Of a DNA stretch of 64,000 nt, positions 1 through 11,349 are shown piece after piece. The DNA lies in contig BROI01000013.1 in NCBI GenBank assembly GCA_027923505.1, positions 744,001-808,000 of the forward strand, written 5' to 3'. Made by a program: the position numbers and the translations under genes. How positions within the stretch are numbered: position 1 is the first letter of the stretch; each line of letters starts with the position of its first letter. Under the pieces are notes generated by a model. It did not search any database. It saw only the letters and a list, made by a program, of their open reading frames with translations, and had not been told where the DNA came from. Source of the stretch: Mayamaea pseudoterrestris. Its lineage: Eukaryota.

Positions 1-1196
1 GAAGCCGTCAAGAATTTGGTTCTTCCAGGCGTCGGCAGCGTGTACATTTTGGATGACGTAATAGCGACGACAGCCGATCAGGCGAGCAACTTTTTTGTCG
101 TGGTGAATGATGATAATGAGGAGCAGGAGCAGCAGAGAATGCAGGACGACACTGCTAGTGATGCAGCAGCAGCAGCGAATCAAGATGTCTCCATGACAGA
201 CAGTAGTACTCACTTCAATTCACGCGCCCGCATTGCCATGCAACTACTCCAGGAACTGAATCCAGACGTTTGCGGATACTACCAGCACGTGGAAAGTCTC
301 GATGCTTTCGACTATGCGAGTTTGTTGCGCAGTCTCCTGCAAACGCAGCAGCAGTCAATGCAGTCACTCACCGGAGCCACTAGAACGAACTATGCCATTG
401 TCAATTCAATCAACAATCTGCTTGTCATTGCGAGCGACTTGCCTCCCTCTGTCGCTTTGTCGATTGCTCGCGCTTGTCACACCGTCCAAATACCACTATT
501 GTCGCTGCAATCCTACGGCTTGGTTGGAGTCGTGCGCCTGCAGAGTCCGCCACTGGCGCTGCTGCATGGCGCGGCGGCGAATCAACAACAAGCGAGTGAC
601 TTGCGACTGACGAATCCGTTTCATAAAATGATGCAACTGTATAAGAACATTGACTGGGACAGCTTGGACGACTATTCGCACCAGCATGTGCCGTATCCGC
701 TGATACTGCTGCATGCACTGGAAACGTGGAGGAATAATAGCAAGACTACGCATGAAAGTGGAATTAGCAGCCATGCGAGTAGCTCGTCACTACCAAGTAC
801 GCCGGACGAAAAGAAGGACTTTGTCGAAATCATCAAGCGCGCCAGTCGCAACTACGACAAGGAGCTCAACTACCAGCAGGCGGTGCAGTTTTGCCACTTT
901 TGCTACGCTTCGGCCGCGACGCAAACAGAGCTGCCACATGAACACCTGCAGCAACTATTGGCAAAACTGCCAGCGACAAATGATGATGCAGGAGCAGCCG
1001 AATCGGTGAACAGCAGCAGCTGCAAGTTGCGTGTCATTGTGTTGGCGCTGCTCGAGTTTGGGAAGTTGCATTACAACCAGGCGCCGCTGCATGGCGGTAT
1101 TCCCGACATGGCTTCGTCCACCAGCATGTACGTGCAGCTTCAAAACGCTTACAGGGAGCAAGCGCAAGCTGATTTGCGAGAAGTGCGCCAAATTTT

Positions 1197-1233
<37 letters not shown>

Positions 1234-1845
1234 CAGCAGGAAGGTGGTGCAGCAATCATTGTTTCCGACGGAGAACTCGTTGCCGCCTGCCGCAACGTGC
1301 ACACGCTCGATTTGCTATCGCCCGGATCCATCTTCGACGAGTATGTGAGCACCAGCATTCCCAATTCAATTTTGCAAGGGTTGCTGGAGGCTGCCACGGA
1401 CGCGGCCGAGGATGACGAGCGACCCGACCAGTGTCCCTTGCTGTGGTACCTTGGAGTGCAGGCTTGTCGATTGTTTCACGATCAAGTGGGACGATACCCT
1501 GGAACGATTGGACTTGAAAATACTAACGACAATGACGACGGTAGCGGCAATGATCAAGCCTACTTGCAGGATGTGCCGCTGCTGCAGGAATGCTTGGCCA
1601 GCATGGTGGGGCGCTATCAATTAAGTGACAACAAGCTTGTGCAGGAAACACTTGTCGCTCGCAGTGTCGACTACGCCACGGAACTGACTCGCTGGGCCAA
1701 CGCCGAGCTTCACACCATTGCCAGTGTCGTTGGCGGCGTTGCCAGTCAGGAGGCGGTCAAGCTGATTACCGGCCAGTATGTTCCGATTGATGACTGCTAC
1801 GTTTACAATGGGATTGCCAGTGTCGCTGGCGTTTACAAGTTTTGA
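1..1845 (+). CDS. NAE1: NEDD8-activating enzyme E1 regulatory subunit (APP-BP1/ULA1 family), 5' truncated by the window edge
   Basis: Frame is open from base 1 (EAVKNLVLPGVG). It carries LQELNPDV, DLRLTNPF, HQHVPY, PLHGGIPDMASSTSMYVQLQNAYREQA and the C-terminal ELHTIASVVGGVASQEAVKLITGQYVP, all typical of APP-BP1. Low-complexity insertions are present. Confidence 0.93.
1198..1230 (+). repeat. (CAG)11 microsatellite encoding polyQ inside NAE1
   Basis: Eleven uninterrupted CAG units read directly. Confidence 0.95.
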
Positions 1846-2386
1846 ATGTTATTGAAACGTGGAGTACTATGGTTGCATGGCGTAAGAAGTAACTACTTTA
1901 CAGTTATGATAACATGGACCTGCTTGTAGCGAACCTGTGGCAAGCCATGGCGGTCGCCGCCTACGTTTGCGTTAGCTAACCGAGACTCGCCTTTTGCGGC
2001 ATTTGCATGCCTCCGCTCTTGCCTATTGACAACTCTATTTGTTTCGCATAACGACAATGAAGAGGATGTATTCCTGTACGCAAGCTGCCTAGCAAGAGCG
2101 GATGTAGTTATCTGTGGAGGTGCTCTGCAACGCGAGACACGGACTTGTAGCTGATCCGTGCCTATGCAAACTAACTACATTCCGCAATCTAAACCGCATG
2201 CAGGAGCAAAAGCTATCAGTAACTACTAAACAAACGTTTTAGTAATGGTTGTTTTCGTCACATCATGTATTTCGTTGACAGTGATTTCCGTGTCGCTCCT
2301 CCATCGACGACTCTCTCTCTTTACATTTTGCAAGCATCGCAAAAAAGTCACTCTCCTCTTGTACTATATTCTTCTCTTTCATAAAT

Positions 2387-2704
2387 TTACACATGACTCG
2401 GATACAGCATGACGCGCACTCGCCCTCCCATGGCCTGCGGCGGAAGGTTGCGCGCAAAGGTGCATCGCACCACGCCGTTGCTACCGTGCGACCGCACCAC
2501 CTTGCCCCAATTGACGCAAAACTTGCCGCTGCTATTCTTGGTGACAAAGGCCACGCGCTTGCCAAGATAAAAGGCAGCGTCCTGAGTCGAGTCGACGCCC
2601 TTGATTTTGATCAAGCTGATGTTCGTGTTTTGCGTTCGAAGGGCGCGCTTGTAGCCGAGAATGGCGCCGTCAACGTGCAAGCGGGGGGAACGAGCTGAAA
2701 CCAT
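2387..2704 (-). CDS. RPL35A: 60S ribosomal protein L35a (eL33)
   Basis: LGYKR...NTNISLIKIKGV...FYLGKRVAFV...WGKVVRSHGSNGVVR..F..NLPPQAMGGRVRVMLYPS. Confidence 0.96.
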   Translation of the reverse strand: MVSARSPRLHVDGAILGYKRALRTQNTNISLIKIKGVDSTQDAAFYLGKRVAFVTKNSSGKFCVNWGKVVRSHGSNGVVRCTFARNLPPQAMGGRVRVMLYPSHV

Positions 2705-2741
2705 GATTATATCTGTATATTATATAAGTGATAATATTGGT

Positions 2742-2938
2742 CTGTGATTAAAGATAGAGAAAAGAGAATGGAGGTGAGTGACTGCGGCTGCAAGTGAATC
2801 GTTTCTCCGAGTCTCATGTTCTCCACTCGTTCCAACAGCTCGCTCGTCTCGGTGCATTCTTGCGTGCATCTACTGCATGCATGCTGCAAGAAGAGAGAGC
2901 TTAACTACAATCTCTGCCATCTACTCGCAGTCTCTTAC
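2742..2938 (-). other. Probable 5'-UTR intron of RPL35A
   Basis: Minus strand reads AG|GTAAGA at 2938, then CTCAC, a polypyrimidine tract and CAG ending at 2742, just upstream of the ATG at 2704. Confidence 0.6.
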
Positions 2939-3111
2939 CTCCTTGACTATAAACGCGGTGAATGCAACTGCTGCTATCACTTGACTCTCGCTTGCCGCTC
3001 GATCATCCACACAAACAAGCGGCTTCCAGCGCGACCGTCCGTCCGTCAACAGAGTTTTGTGCGGTGCGGTGGTTTCATTCAAGCTCATGACCCGTCAATT
3101 TAGTAAGGCCG

Positions 3112-3483
3112 GTAAGTGCGTGCGACCGCTCGCGCAAGGAAATAGAACGAGACCATTGCTGTTGTTGCTATTGATCAAGGTGAGAAGATTCAATCATGCT
3201 AGGCTCTTGTAGAGACTGAATAAGTAGCTTTATGGAGTAGCGCTGTTTCAGCAGCCGAAGCATACTGGCAGTGCAATGCCGATGGCGTCAGGTCAATTTT
3301 ACCTCAATGGAACGAGCCGACGCTTAGTCTTGGAAGACGCATTACGGAATCGAATGCTCGCTTGCTGCAAGCTTTTTGCTGCGAAAGCTTTGATTCCGCC
3401 TGCAATTCTTTGATTGAGTCTTTCGTCGTGACACTCTGCTACTCGACCCATTGTCACTCATGACCTCTTTTTTTCTCTTGCAG
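3112..3483 (+). other. Probable 5'-UTR intron of RPS15A
   Basis: GTAAGT donor at 3112 and ctctttttttctcttgCAG acceptor ending at 3483; ATG at 3537. Confidence 0.65.
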
Positions 3484-3536
3484 ATCAATTTGTCACTACT
3501 CTACTCTCTATTCAATAAACACATTCACATATCACC

Positions 3537-3929
3537 ATGGTTCGCATGTCGGTACTGGCCGACTGCCTCAAAACGATTAGCAACGCCGAAAAGCGCGGCC
3601 GCCGCCAAGTCTTGGTGCGTCCCGTCAGCAAAGTGGTGATTCGCTTTTTGCGCCAAATGCAGGTGCACGGCTACATTGGCGAGTTTGAGATTGTCGACGA
3701 CCACCGCGCCAACAAGATTGTGGTAGAACTCATTGGACGATTGAACAAGTGCGGCGTCATTTCGCCAAGGTTCGATATTTCACATGGTGACATTGAAAAG
3801 TGGGTGGTGAACCTTCTGCCGTCGCGCCAGTTTGGATGCATTCTCATTAGCACATCGCAAGGCATCATGACGCATCAGGAAGCCAAGCGTAAAAAGACGG
3901 GAGGAAAGATTATTGGATTCTTTTATTAA
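3537..3929 (+). CDS. RPS15A: 40S ribosomal protein S15a (uS8)
   Basis: [29 protein letters not shown]...[13 protein letters not shown]...[14 protein letters not shown]...LLPSRQFG...GGKIIGFFY, 130 aa. Confidence 0.98.
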   Translation: MVRMSVLADCLKTISNAEKRGRRQVLVRPVSKVVIRFLRQMQVHGYIGEFEIVDDHRANKIVVELIGRLNKCGVISPRFDISHGDIEKWVVNLLPSRQFGCILISTSQGIMTHQEAKRKKTGGKIIGFFY

Positions 3930-4396
3930 GAAAACGAAAAAGAAGAGCGAGATGTTGCGTCGGCAGAGTCAACTACCGAAGCTTGGCGAACGCTGTTGCG
4001 AATAAGATACTAGTACCACAGTATATACAATTGTCTCTTGCTTGCTTTGGTCAGTTTGTAGCGTCTGAAAAGTAGAAGGAAGGAAAGTCATAGTTTGAAC
4101 TGCGTAGCATTGCTGTTTGGGCAAGGCGCCGCCAAGACAAAAAGTCAACCTACGACTGACTGCTTTGAAGCTATATGTGATGGATTGATTACAAATTAAA
4201 GGTTAATCTAGTATTGCGCTATAACAGGACGTGGGAATGAACTCTTAGCCGGTACGAAAATACAAACGAGCCCAAACAACGTGCGCATGGAATAGCGCGG
4301 GAAGGCACTCGCATTGCTCTTGAGCCGCCGATGGAAAACGAAGTCACCCAAGGCAGCTCTCTGCATTCAGGTAAACATAATAAACTGCCACTGTGT

Positions 4397-5173
4397 TTAC
4401 AATCGCGTCGTGCGATCCTTGTTTCGGCACTTGGGTGTTCCCTCGTCGCGGCCTTCTACTGCTGCACTCACAGCATCAGTCGTCGTTGGACTCGATTCGC
4501 GCTGCTGCTGCTTTTGATTTATAAACGGCTGATACCGACTCGAGCATTGCGACTCGTGCAGCAATTGCTGTATATTTTCACGCAACAAGGCATCCGTAAC
4601 GCAGTGTCTGTCGCGCAGCACTTGCTGCAAGTGCCGAAAGCGTTCGGAATCGTCCACCAAACGCTGCGCCTCGGTAATGCTCGACTGGGCGGCACTGCGA
4701 ATCTTGGGACCATGCTTGCGCTGCAAGTCGTGTGGTGATTCCACGTGAAAGATTTCGTCGTTGCTGCGGCCGCGGTAGAGCAAGTCGGAAAGGTAGTAGC
4801 CAGATGCAGCAGACGTGTTGTTGCTGCCTTTGGATGGTGACGAGTTTGGACTGGACGCTGGCGGAGGAGGAGGCGACGGCATGGTATGCAAATTGATGGA
4901 ATAGTAGTCAATAGTATCACTTGTTACTTCTGGTTGACGCTCTCGTAGTCCTAGAAAGAGGCGTTTACAGCGACTCTTTGTTGTTGTTGGTGTCGACGGC
5001 GAAAGCTTGGAACGAACAATCTTCCGTTGAGACGAATGGTTGGCTGCAACCAAAAAATCCCGACTTGATTGCGCAGATGCGGGCTGCGCCATGTCAATCT
5101 TGGGAGTCTTGACGTTGAGATGAGATTTTTCAACCGCTTCAGCGTTGTTCACTTGCAAGTTTGGGTGCTCCAT
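4397..5173 (-). CDS. Hypothetical protein; true start may be the ATG at 4882 (MPSPPPPP)
   Basis: Long ORF with Ser/Pro low complexity and a helical C-terminal part (LQRKHGPKIR...LLRENIQQLLHES); no family recognised. Confidence 0.45.
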   Translation of the reverse strand: MEHPNLQVNNAEAVEKSHLNVKTPKIDMAQPASAQSSRDFLVAANHSSQRKIVRSKLSPSTPTTTKSRCKRLFLGLRERQPEVTSDTIDYYSINLHTMPSPPPPPASSPNSSPSKGSNNTSAASGYYLSDLLYRGRSNDEIFHVESPHDLQRKHGPKIRSAAQSSITEAQRLVDDSERFRHLQQVLRDRHCVTDALLRENIQQLLHESQCSSRYQPFINQKQQQRESSPTTTDAVSAAVEGRDEGTPKCRNKDRTTRL

Positions 5174-5640
5174 GGTCAATTGGCTTCGTGTCGACTACAG
5201 GAACGAAATTGTGAGGGGAAACGCTCGGAGCGAAACGGCAGGCTTGCGTGGATGTCACGTTGCGAAATGTTTAGCTATGATTGACCAAGTCAACGAATCG
5301 TACCGGTTTCGATTGGCGATAATGATGAACGAGGACACGACTCGTAACTTTACTCTTTCTCTAGACGCCGCTGCATATTTTGGACGAGCATAATACTTAA
5401 ACAATACCATCTGCAATGTGAGTTGATGAATAAAGTGACGAGTAAGGCAGATAGTTTTGGGCAACCATTTAGACCAGTTTAAAACCGGTGCGTCCTTAGT
5501 ACTGGTGCGACTTCGACATATTTCAGTTCGTCAGCGTCCCCGACTAACCAAATATCCTACTTGATCAACTTGACCAGAGCCTGACAGTCGTCCAAGAATC
5601 TTTTGGTGCACATTCGATAAATACCTACATTCGAGAAAGC

Positions 5641-7176
5641 ATGTTTCGAGCTTGGAAAGCAAAGCGGACGGCTCGAAAGGACGCAGCCCGCGATAGACGA
5701 ATCGAACATGAGTTTAGGACTCACTTTGGCTTTACTTTCACAAATTCCCTTACGCCGAAAAGAATCAATCGTCAGTTGATCGACGCACTCTCCTCGATGG
5801 ACGATGGATTGGCAAGCATTCTATTGCGCAAACTTGAGGAGCAACCCATCATGCGCCTCAATATCGAGCTTATCAAAACTCTTGACTGTCGTTCCCTGCA
5901 GCGATATGAACAACTCTGCCAGGCGTTAGCGAAAACAAACGTTATTCAAGCGTGGCTTTACTTTGTTCATGATGCGCGAGTTTGCTCCATTGCGTTGCAG
6001 CATCTCCCTGACTTGAAGTATCTATGCATATCGTCCATTTCCTCTGGAGCAACTATTCAAGAATCCGAAATTGAAGCAGGTGAGGCGCACCAGACGAATG
6101 ATGTTCCAGACGAATTAGTCACTTTTTTGGACAACGAGCATATCCAGCACATTGTTAATTCTTTGTTAGGACTCGAGTACCTTCTATCTATCGATTTACG
6201 CGTTCATTCCAGTTTTCATCATGCCATACTCCCAGCGCTACCAATGATTGCAACACTGGATCGTGTGGTTCTCGACTATTTTATTACTTCAACAAGAGAA
6301 CATCCAGTCGACTGGGCAGCGCTTACTAACTTTTTTGGGTCGTCCCCGCGAATAGACGTAACTTTAAAGGAGATGAATTTGTTGGACGACTCAACATACC
6401 AAGCGTTATGTCGAGCAGCTGCTGGGTCCAGGGTCAGAAGCATTGAAATCAAAAACGTGTTTGGTGATCCTTTAAACGTGTTTGGTGATTCTTTTAGTAC
6501 CAGATGGGATTGGGTACTACTAGTACAGGTTTTACTGCTGTCATCTGTGGAGAGATTTAGCGTGTTGAAGACCATTGATTGCCATCCACTTCGACGTGAT
6601 CCAGTGTCAGGCAAGAAACTACTAACATCGCCTTTCAAAGAACTTACGATGTGTTGCTATAGCCTGTCCTATATTCGAGTCGTTGCAAAATGTCCGCAGC
6701 TAAAGGTTCTGCGTTTAAATGGACTGCCAGAATATACTGGACTGCCAGGATCTAGTGAACTGCCAGCATACATTGGACTGCCAGCATACATTGAGGAACT
6801 TGACCAGGCACTTGCTGAGTGCATTAAGTGCTGTCCTTTTTTGGAAGCTATATACATCAGTGACAATGTCGACCACTGTTTCTCTTCAATGCTATTGAAG
6901 CGAATGGAAACCAACTACACCATCAAGAAGATTGTCTTTGACTGTATTGCCCCATTTGCTGATCCCTTGGATGCGGCCATTATAAGTTCCATTGATTGCT
7001 TAGTCCGCATGAACTTGGCTGGGCGCGCATACATAAAATCGGATCCTACCAACAAATACAAGGGTGTGGCCGTGCTAGAGCAGGTTCTCGACAATCTCGC
7101 GGGCATATACTATCATATTCGCGAGAATCCGAACTTGCTGTCGCTGGCGGGTCGCGAGCTTTCGAGTGTCGTATAA
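5641..7176 (+). CDS. RNI-like/leucine-rich repeat protein, copy 1 of a local family
   Basis: 511-aa intronless ORF with LxxLxL repeats and a C-terminal signature (NLAGRAYI...KGVAVLEQV..NL..IYYHIRENP) shared with ORFs at 16143 and 57122. Confidence 0.75.
   Translation: MFRAWKAKRTARKDAARDRRIEHEFRTHFGFTFTNSLTPKRINRQLIDALSSMDDGLASILLRKLEEQPIMRLNIELIKTLDCRSLQRYEQLCQALAKTNVIQAWLYFVHDARVCSIALQHLPDLKYLCISSISSGATIQESEIEAGEAHQTNDVPDELVTFLDNEHIQHIVNSLLGLEYLLSIDLRVHSSFHHAILPALPMIATLDRVVLDYFITSTREHPVDWAALTNFFGSSPRIDVTLKEMNLLDDSTYQALCRAAAGSRVRSIEIKNVFGDPLNVFGDSFSTRWDWVLLVQVLLLSSVERFSVLKTIDCHPLRRDPVSGKKLLTSPFKELTMCCYSLSYIRVVAKCPQLKVLRLNGLPEYTGLPGSSELPAYIGLPAYIEELDQALAECIKCCPFLEAIYISDNVDHCFSSMLLKRMETNYTIKKIVFDCIAPFADPLDAAIISSIDCLVRMNLAGRAYIKSDPTNKYKGVAVLEQVLDNLAGIYYHIRENPNLLSLAGRELSSVV
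6721..6792 (+). repeat. Four degenerate 18-bp in-frame tandem units (GLPEYT GLPGSS ELPAYI GLPAYI)
   Basis: ggactgccag core recurs every 18 nt; a 21-bp duplication (NVFGDPL/NVFGDSF) also occurs near 6453-6494. Confidence 0.85.
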
Positions 7177-7677
7177 ATGCAATGGCGGTATGTCTATCTG
7201 TGTTTGTTGAGAAGAAGAAGTGGCCAAAGCTCTGCATACTGCAGTGTAGTCCATGCGACTTGTTTGTTCAAGGCATCGATGCTGATGACATTGTCGCAGT
7301 AGAACCAGCGGCAGGGCAAGGTAGTTGGTTCCATCGTTTCGCATCATCAGTAGTTTTTGAAGATCAATAGAAGTACCAGCAAATGATTGAACTTTTTAAC
7401 AAATGGTTGTAGGGTATCGACTTTCCATAGATATGAACACAATTTCGAATCACTTTGATCCTACGAAGCTACTCACGCAGTGTGGTGCATGTCTGGCACA
7501 GCCGCTACGCAAGCGATAGTATTCATCACGACTACAAGAAGCTGTCGTAATGTCAAAAAGTTGTAACTTTTACGCGCTATCGTTGCTCAATGGTTATATG
7601 ATTTTCTAAACAGTGACGATACCTATCTCTTCGTCCTGCATTCCCGCTCCACAAAATCGCTCTCTCTGTCACATGTT

Positions 7678-9036
7678 TCAAAACACTCCATGCGCCTGCA
7701 GCAAATACGTCTTCGTTGTTTCGTACGTGGTCCAGCTAATGGCCGCCGCCGGCGTGTGGCTCAACACGCGCGGCAATAAGCCCCGGTAAAAGCCCATCCA
7801 TCCCTCCTGCTGCAGTATAAAGCGACCGGCGTCCCACACGGTGCCATGCTTCGGCAAGCTGCTCACTAGTCGCGCAGTCTGATTCTTGGGGCATTCCTTG
7901 TGGTCGACAATCGGACCCTTCCAGCAGGTGGGAACGTGGTGCTGCGTCTGCAGACACGTCTTGACGCGATCCAGTGGCGTCGTCAAAGCCGATGCAACAA
8001 AACCGGCCGTGCTGCTCGCCAGCAGCACCACGTGCCAATCCTGGAGCGTATATAGTGGTTGCGGTGATAGTTGGTTGGCGAGCAACTGCTGCACTTGTTG
8101 TTTTCGCTGATACTCGTGCAAATGCTCCTTGATTCGCTCCTGCGTCAGCACTAGTATCATTCCATACGGAACATTGGTTGCCAGCGTGACACCCAGCGAC
8201 TTGTACAAACCCGCCAAGCCTTCCACGCGCAGTATGCTGCGGAGCGCAACAGTGGCCGACGCCTGGTAGTGACCCAGCTGGAGGCGCTGCTTGATCGTGT
8301 CGAGCGGCGTCATGATGACATCGTGGCCCGTCACGGCGGCCGCGCCGGCCAAGGAAGCGCCCCACCAAGTCACGGATGAGTATGATGATGATGAAGATAA
8401 AGTCGCATGACTGCTACTCGTCAGCGACTTGACCGTTTCGTAGCTGGAAAAGTAGAGGGCGTGCGCCGGCACGCAGCCCACCAGCATGGTTTGCACGCCC
8501 CGCCACAGGCGAGAAAAGCGAATCCAAGCCGTCGTGAGCGAATAATTGTTATTACTGCTAGTGAATGCTGATGATGATGTTGCAGTACTTCTTTCACTCG
8601 CTGCTGCACTTGATCCAACATTAACACTGAGCGGCTCGCTCATGAGGTTTCGAATCGTGCTCCACATGGATACCGACGACGTATTGGCTGCCGACCATGG
8701 ATTCGTGTGAACGTTCACTCGATATAGCAGACTGCTACTCGTCGTCTTGTTAGTATTCGTATTCATATTACTCATTTTATGCCGTTGCTGCTGCGCGCAA
8801 ACGCTGCAGGCCACTTGCAGATTGGTGCGAATCGTATCGAGCGGAAACACCAACGCATGCTCCACCAACCCAGCAAGACTTCCGGCCGCGCAGTGGATCC
8901 AAAAGGGACTGGTGCCGTCCCACTCCTCCCAGTCGTCGTCTGAAAAATTGTCGTAGTTATTGTCATTGTTTGTTGGTGTAGCATGTGTAGCAGTAGCATG
9001 AGTATGTGGATGAAAGAGTGGGTCTGTTTGCGACAT
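7678..9036 (-). CDS. Mitochondrial carrier, mitoferrin (MRS3/4, SLC25A37/28) type iron transporter
   Basis: Three PxDxxK-type signatures (PLDTIRT, PLDTIKQR, PLDRVKT) plus mitoferrin-like AGLVEH..FPLD, GCVPAHALYFSSYE, HDVIMTPLD, PAAAISWTTYE. Confidence 0.9.
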   Translation of the reverse strand: MSQTDPLFHPHTHATATHATPTNNDNNYDNFSDDDWEEWDGTSPFWIHCAAGSLAGLVEHALVFPLDTIRTNLQVACSVCAQQQRHKMSNMNTNTNKTTSSSLLYRVNVHTNPWSAANTSSVSMWSTIRNLMSEPLSVNVGSSAAASERSTATSSSAFTSSNNNYSLTTAWIRFSRLWRGVQTMLVGCVPAHALYFSSYETVKSLTSSSHATLSSSSSYSSVTWWGASLAGAAAVTGHDVIMTPLDTIKQRLQLGHYQASATVALRSILRVEGLAGLYKSLGVTLATNVPYGMILVLTQERIKEHLHEYQRKQQVQQLLANQLSPQPLYTLQDWHVVLLASSTAGFVASALTTPLDRVKTCLQTQHHVPTCWKGPIVDHKECPKNQTARLVSSLPKHGTVWDAGRFILQQEGWMGFYRGLLPRVLSHTPAAAISWTTYETTKTYLLQAHGVF

Positions 9037-9475
9037 GGCGGCGGCGGCAGGATGTAAGGATAAATGCGGAGGCGTGAGTAATCTAGACAGTTATTCAAGT
9101 GGACAATGCTTGCTCAATGAATGTCGTTTATCTGTATGAAGGAGAGCAAGACGATTGTTCCTTCTGCTGCTGCTTTGGGTTGGATTTGCGTCAATGTGAA
9201 AGGCTGCGCGGCAAAAGCGGGTGACGGATTGACGGTGTCGTACCGGTTCTAAGTTGCTTCATTCATTCATGGCATCACACCGGTTCTCACTCATCCGCGC
9301 CCGCGCGCCACTTTCCTCCCACCAACCAATGCGAATGAGTCGTCCACCATCCAACAACAAGGAAGCTGGACTTGCAATACAATCAGGATCAAGCTTTTGT
9401 ATAAGAACTCCTGATTCACTCTCTCATACGCTCACTCTCAATCACTAAACAAACAATATCACTTAATACATAACA

Positions 9476-11242
9476 ATGAAATACATTGTCGTGACTGGCG
9501 GCGTCGTGAGCGGCCTCGGCAAGGGCGTCACCATTTCCAGCATGGGTCGCTTGCTGCAATCCCACGGCCTCAAAGTGACGGCCATCAAGATTGATCCCTA
9601 TCTAAACGTGGACGCGGGCACGATGAGTCCGTTTGAACACGGCGAAGTCTTTGTACTAAGAGATGGCGGCGAATCCGATTTGGATTTGGGCAACTATGAG
9701 AGGTTTTTGAATGTGCAACTGACGCACATGCACAATGTCACAACAGGCAAGGTCTACCGCAAGGTGATTCTAGCGGAACGTAAAGGAGACTATTTGGGCA
9801 AGACGGTGCAGGTGGTGCCGCACATTACCGACTGCATTCAGCAGTGGTTGGAGGAGGTGGCGCACATGCCTGTGGAAGAGCATAATAGTCATGGTAATAA
9901 TAATAGTGATGGAAATGGAAGTGATGATAATAATGAAACAGGTGACAATAACAATTCCAATACATCTTCCATCGCCGACGTTTGCTTGATCGAAGTCGGC
10001 GGCACGGTCGGCGACATTGAGTCATCCGTCTTTTTGGAAGCCCTTCGTCAGTTTCAGTTTCGCGTCGGCCACGACAATTTCTTATTGTGTTTCGTGTCGC
10101 TGGTGCCGATTCTGGGCGAGCAAAAGACCAAGCCGACGCAGCACGGCGTGCGCGACTTGCGGAGTTTGGGACTGAGTCCGTCGGTGATTTTTTGTCGGTG
10201 CAGCGAGCCGCTCGAGCAGGCTGTGAAGAGCAAGATTAGCAGCTTTTGTCACGTTCCAACGAGCAACGTGCTGAGTGTGCACGACGTGAACAATGTCTAT
10301 CATGTGCCGGGGTTGTTGGAGTCGCAGGGATTGTATCACATTTTGGCGCAGCAGCTGCAGTGGCCCATGGACGTGCCAGCTGACCTACAGGCGTGGAAGA
10401 GCATGGCAGATAGTGTCGATCAAGCTACCCAAGTGGTGACGATTGCACTCATTGGCAAGTACACTGGACTGCAGGATAGTTACTTGAGTGTCATTAAGGC
10501 GCTCCGGCATGCGGCCATTGCCGCCAATGTGCGATTGGAGTTGGAGTGGATGGATGCGAGTGAACTGGAGCAAGGCGAAGCGAGTGTCTTGGAGCGCATG
10601 CACCAGGCGGATGGCATTATCGTGCCCGGCGGCTTTGGCCAGCGGGGATGGGAGGGCAAGCTCATTGCCGCGGAATACTGCCGGACCAGTGGCAAGCCGT
10701 ACTTGGGAGTCTGCTTGGGCTTCCAGGCCATGGTGGTGGAGTATTGTCGCAACGTGCTGGGCAAGGTGGGTGCCGATACTACCGAAATTAACCCTGACAC
10801 GCCGCATCCCACTGTCATTTTCATGCCGGAGATTGACAAGGAAACCATGGGCGGCACCATGCGACTGGGAGAGCGTCCGAGCAAGTTTACCCATCGGCAC
10901 TTCGACGGCACCATGAGCACGGCGCAGTTGCTCTACAATGGCGCCGAAACCATCTTGGAGCGACACCGGCATCGCTACGAAATTAATCCGGACATTGTTG
11001 ACGAAGTGCACCATAGTAGTGGTGGATTGGCGCTGGTCGGCCGCGACGAGACGGGCGAGCGCATGGAGATTGCCGAGCTGCCGCAGTCCATGCATCCATT
11101 CTACTTGGGCTGCCAGTTTCATCCCGAGTTTCTTAGTCGGCCGCTGGCGCCGAGTCCGCCCTTTCATGGATTGGTGTTGGCGGCGTCGGGGCAACTGGAG
11201 GAGTACTTGGCAAAAAAGCGAGAGGAACTTGGGACAGTGTAG
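9476..11242 (+). CDS. CTPS: CTP synthase
   Basis: [47 protein letters not shown], glutaminase GVCLG and [16 protein letters not shown]-rich insertion near 9880-9965. Confidence 0.98.
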   Translation: MKYIVVTGGVVSGLGKGVTISSMGRLLQSHGLKVTAIKIDPYLNVDAGTMSPFEHGEVFVLRDGGESDLDLGNYERFLNVQLTHMHNVTTGKVYRKVILAERKGDYLGKTVQVVPHITDCIQQWLEEVAHMPVEEHNSHGNNNSDGNGSDDNNETGDNNNSNTSSIADVCLIEVGGTVGDIESSVFLEALRQFQFRVGHDNFLLCFVSLVPILGEQKTKPTQHGVRDLRSLGLSPSVIFCRCSEPLEQAVKSKISSFCHVPTSNVLSVHDVNNVYHVPGLLESQGLYHILAQQLQWPMDVPADLQAWKSMADSVDQATQVVTIALIGKYTGLQDSYLSVIKALRHAAIAANVRLELEWMDASELEQGEASVLERMHQADGIIVPGGFGQRGWEGKLIAAEYCRTSGKPYLGVCLGFQAMVVEYCRNVLGKVGADTTEINPDTPHPTVIFMPEIDKETMGGTMRLGERPSKFTHRHFDGTMSTAQLLYNGAETILERHRHRYEINPDIVDEVHHSSGGLALVGRDETGERMEIAELPQSMHPFYLGCQFHPEFLSRPLAPSPPFHGLVLAASGQLEEYLAKKREELGTV

Positions 11243-11349
11243 GATGTTGTATGACTTGGTAAAAGATTATTTTAACATTTTCTAAAATATGAACTGGAGT
11301 TTGTTTTAACTTACAGACTCCATTTTTAGCTCGCGCTTGTAGCAGACGC

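Noticed and set aside
3112..3483. Intronic snoRNA in the RPS15A 5'-UTR intron
   Set aside because: No convincing C/D box pair with a terminal stem or H/ACA layout could be identified by eye
9880..9965. AT-rich stretch in CTP synthase as an intron or intein
   Set aside because: It is in frame, encodes an N/D-rich loop, and lacks clear splice or intein motifs
10385..11194. Long antisense ORFs (also 7736-8368, 36684-37283, 43156-43863, 60637-61314)
   Set aside because: They overlap well-supported genes on the opposite strand or in another frame and are explained by codon bias
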